Shown piece by piece: positions 59,576 to 64,000 of a DNA stretch of 64,000 nucleotides. Each line of letters starts with the position of its first letter. Positions within the stretch are counted from its first letter, which is position 1. The position numbers and the translations under genes were made by a program. Source of the stretch: the human T2T-CHM13v2.0 reference genome, Homo sapiens; the NCBI RefSeq assembly GCF_009914755.1, contig NC_060934.1; one strand, 5' to 3'. The notes under the pieces were generated by a model, which saw nothing but the letters and a program-made list of their open reading frames with translations, searched no databases and had not been told where the DNA came from.

Positions 59576-60055
59576 ATGAGGGAATTGGGGCTTGGAGTGC
59601 AAGCATTGGGAAGAATTTCCCAGGAAGAGAGATGCACAGATGTGAAGAACTCGAAGGCAAGAGAAAGCCGGGGGGTTGTGTGGCAGGTAGAAGTGCCAGG
59701 ACCGTGGAGCGTGTGGACATGTGGCAGATTGCGGAGGGGCTGTGGCAAGTATTTACAGGTGGCCGTTACCTGGAGGAAGACTGAAAACAGAGAACAGTGC
59801 TGCCAGGCGTGCCTTTTGGAGAGGGCACTGGTCAGAAACGGAGCCTTCATGTCGCCTGCCTCACCTGCTCCTGCTGGTTCTCCCCACCCTGTGGACGGTG
59901 ACTTGGTCCTCCACTTGCCAGAAGCCTTGTCAGCAACCTTGACTCTGTCACCCCACATCCAGGCCATCAACAAGTCTTTTGGCCCTTTCTTTGAAATCCA
60001 CCAGGAATCCAGCTGCTTCTCCCCACCTTCCTGCCTCTCTGGTCTGGGCCACTAA
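59576..60055 (+). CDS. RPS24: RPS24 distal alternative last exon (159 aa; 130+159 = 289-aa isoform)
   Basis: ttctctccttcccgcttttgcag|ATGAGG, a phase-0 acceptor; open frame MRELGLGVQALG..SGLGH*; recalled as the C-terminus of the annotated long RPS24 isoform. Confidence 0.8.
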   Translation: MRELGLGVQALGRISQEERCTDVKNSKARESRGVVWQVEVPGPWSVWTCGRLRRGCGKYLQVAVTWRKTENREQCCQACLLERALVRNGAFMSPASPAPAGSPHPVDGDLVLHLPEALSATLTLSPHIQAINKSFGPFFEIHQESSCFSPPSCLSGLGH

Positions 60056-60540
60056 TGTCACTGCCATGGCCGCCTTGCTGCATTTCTGAGGATGCTTCAT
60101 CTCTCCACCTTCTTCTCCACTCAGCAGCCAGCAGGGCACTGTGGAAATCGGAGTCACATGAGCTGGCACCTCTGTTCAGAACCCTCCAGGGCTCCACATC
60201 TCTCTCACCCAAATGCCAAAGACCTCCCCACGCCCCCACAATCCCCCACGACCTGGCCACTGGCCTCCCACCACCTTCCAGCTCCAGCGGCTCCTACCAC
60301 ATTTAAGGCTTTCCTTCCTAGTTTTAATTTTTCCTCGTCAGCAGTTGATTTTATTATTTTCTTGTTTATTGGTATTTTCCCACTAGAAATGAAGCTGCGT
60401 GAAGTTAGAGATTTTTTTTTTTTGGTCTGTGTTCCTAATTAGCTCATTGCTATACCCCTGGCGCCCAGAACAATGCCTTGGACACAGTACGCAGTAGACT
60501 AAATAAATACTTGTTGAATGACTGACTGACGGAATGACGG
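59940..60540 (+). mobile_element. L2 3' remnant overlapping the distal RPS24 exon
   Basis: ccccacatccaggccatcaacaagtc, cagcagccag, cctctgttcagaaccctccagggctcc; ends taaataaatacttgttgaatgactgactga (L2 tail). Confidence 0.75.
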
Positions 60541-60778
60541 CTGTGTGGGGAGTGGATTGGGTCGTGAGGCAGAGGCTGCGGTGGAAACTCAGGCAGGAGG
60601 TGATGGTGGTTCTTGGGGCTGCGGAATGCCAAGTTTAGAAGCTCTTCCTCTGCTGTGGCACATGAACCGGTCACTCGAGAAGGCTTTTAGATTTACTTTG
60701 CCTAATCCCCTCTTAGTGCATGTGGGGAAACTGAGGTACACAAAAGGAATTCCCCACCAAGTTAGGGGCAGAACCTAG

Positions 60779-60922
<144 letters not shown>

Positions 60923-61429
60923 TGAGTGTCTGCGATTACAGGTGCACACAACCACGCCTGGCTAATTTTTGTATTTTTAGTAGAGACGGGGTTTCACCGT
61001 GTTGGTCAGGGTGACCTCAAACTCCTGACCTCATGATCCACCCAGCTCAGCCTCCCAACGTGCTGGGATTACAGGCATGAGCCACCGTGCCTGGCTGGAC
61101 ATCTTGTTATTAAAGCTTCTTCTCTCTTTGTAGGGGAGGGGGAGATGCCTCTGGTGGAGAAGACCAGTGTGGCAGTGACTGTGTCTGTTAGTGAACCTGG
61201 TGGCTGGTTGAGGGTCTGTCGTGGTGACTGAGGACACATACAAAGTGCTTTTCTCAGTGGTCACCTTGGTGTTGGTGAATAAGGGTCAGAAGATGGCTCC
61301 TGTCCTAGGGCACTGCCAGTCGGTTTGGAAGCTGAAATGCCTGCTTAGCAGTTTGAGGAAACACAGACCTTGGAGGATCTTCTGGTTGCCTCTTCAAGAA
61401 TTCATTCTATTCCCCTTCTGCTCCCCAAA

Positions 61430-62121
<692 letters not shown>

Positions 62122-62889
62122 CTATAATATATTCTTATAGGGAATAAGACCTATATTATCCTTCCCCTCCGAGAGCAATGAAAAAAACACAAATACTGAG
62201 GTGGGCAGATCACTTGAGCTCAGGAGTTCGAGACCAGCCTGGGCAACATAGTGAGGCCTGTCTCTATTAAAAAACAAAAAGAAAAGAAACACAAATATCA
62301 CACATAATTATAGACAAACACATAGCCAAGTTGAGGAAGAACAGAAACAAAACCAAAACAGTTTTTCTGGGCTGATCACTGATCAGATAGAGATCATTTA
62401 CTTGCCTGGCCTTTGCTCTAAAGATCTGGTTTCATGTTGGTTTTCTCCATGTTACTCATGAACCCCAGGAATTCTGGAAAATTCTTACCTTTCTAAGATC
62501 AAGAGTAGGTGTAGCAGTAGGAGCACTTTGAGTGTCAGGGTGACAGAGCCCAGAGGCAAGGCCCATCTGCAGGAAGCGAAGTGACAAGTTGCTGGGTGGC
62601 CCCTTGTGTGATCCTAGCATTGTCAAGGAAGAAATCTTAACTGATATTTGGGTGATAGGGAATCATGGGGAAGTGTGGGTGTGGATGGGGACAGCCAGAG
62701 ACAGATGTGACTATTTTTTTCTTTTTCTTTCTTTTTTTTTGGAGGCAAGGACTCACTCTGTTGCCCAGGTGGGAGTGCAGTGGCTTGATCAAAGCTCACT
62801 GCAGCCTTGACCTCCTGGGCCCAAGTGATCCTCCTACCTCAGGCTCCTAGGTAGCTGGGACCACAGGCGTGTGCCACCATGCCTGGCTA

Positions 62890-63036
62890 AAATACATATA
62901 TATATGTGTGTGCGTATATATATAAAATATATATGTGTAAATATATAAAATACATATGTACATATATTTTATATACTTATATATAAATATATACAATATA
63001 TATGTACTATATATATTTTATATATATATATATATA
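62890..63036. repeat. AT-rich low-complexity (TA)n tract within a nested Alu
   Basis: Read directly. Confidence 0.9.
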
Positions 63037-63364
63037 TTTCTTTTTGAGTCAAGGTCTTGCTCTGTCACCCAGGCTGGAGTGTAGTGGTGTGATGATGGCT
63101 CACTGCAGCTTCAACCTCCTGGGTTCAAGAGGTACTCCTGCCTTGCCTCCTGAGTTGCTGGGACCACAGGCACACACTACCACACTTGGCTAATTTGTTT
63201 TTCCTATTTTTTGTAGTGACAGGGTCTCCCTGTGTTGTCCAGGCTGGTCTCGAACTCCTGGACTGAAGCAATCTTCCCACCTCGGCCTCCCAAAGTGCTG
63301 GGATTACAGCCGTGAGCCACCACATCCAGCCAGCTAATTGTTTTTTATTTTTGTAGAGAGGTGA

Positions 63365-63487
<123 letters not shown>

Positions 63488-64000
63488 TGAAATGTGCTCC
63501 AGAGCCCTGCCTAAGTCCCGCTCCTCTGAGAAGCCTTCTGTCCCACCAGGTCTGGAGGGCAAGTGCCAAGAAATGCTCTGAGCTGTTTCTTCCTGAAAGT
63601 GGGGCAGCTTGGGCTGTCAGCATGGTTTCTAGCACCGTTGGGGCCATGGAAAGAAATCTGTCTTCCTACAGAGTCACTGGCTTTTTATCCTTCCCCTTCT
63701 GTCCGTGGACATGTACCCTCTTGGGAGAGTATTGATCAGAGGGGACAGCACTGATCATGCCTTTGCCGGAGGTCTGTGCACACATCCGCATGGGCACCTG
63801 TTAGCATGTGCTTGCTAGAGCTACAGATGGCTTCCTGCTGCCCCACAGGTGGGGTTCTTTACCTTACTTTGCCCCTTGGTGGGTGGTGACCAGTGGGCTC
63901 CTTCCTGGAATATTTATGCATGCGGAAAAAACATGAACTTACAAAGAAAACCAAGTCTATTCAAGTACACTTAGCAAAATTAACATTTGTGATGAAGTAA

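Noticed and set aside
59218-59973. 251-aa ORF antisense to the distal RPS24 exon
   Set aside because: Non-ATG start, GC-rich TE-derived region, no gene structure

Overview
Human genomic DNA, recognisable from its proteins as the POLR3A-RPS24 locus (chr10q22.3 from memory). Minus strand: coding exons 1-19 of POLR3A, the Pol III catalytic subunit RPC1. All 19 were delimited by GT-AG sites, sum to 2616 nt (872 codons) in one frame and include the NADFDGD active site; the gene runs off the left edge. Positions 1-4354 are a disabled L1PA4-like LINE-1 in POLR3A intron 19. Plus strand, head-to-head about 4.3 kb away: the complete RPS24 gene, with a TCT/5'TOP start, a Met-only exon 1, exons 2-4, 3/18/22-nt microexons, a proximal PKE* last exon and a distal last exon giving a 289-aa isoform. 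The rest is roughly 55-60 Alu pieces plus L2, MIR, old L1, MER5A, MER20, MER44, MADE1 and MaLR remnants. Best leads: (i) two or three well-formed extra cassette-exon candidates in the RPS24 microexon intron; (ii) the distal RPS24 last exon appears built from three TE families (MIR acceptor, L2 coding tail, MaLR poly(A) signal); (iii) a micro-inversion, a perfect 64-bp palindrome and a probably duplicated Alu between the two promoters; (iv) an inverted-Alu-flanked POLR3A exon 6-8 block that would circularise into a stop-free frame. Repeat subfamily calls and repeat boundaries are by eye and approximate. No wholly new gene system is demonstrable from sequence alone.
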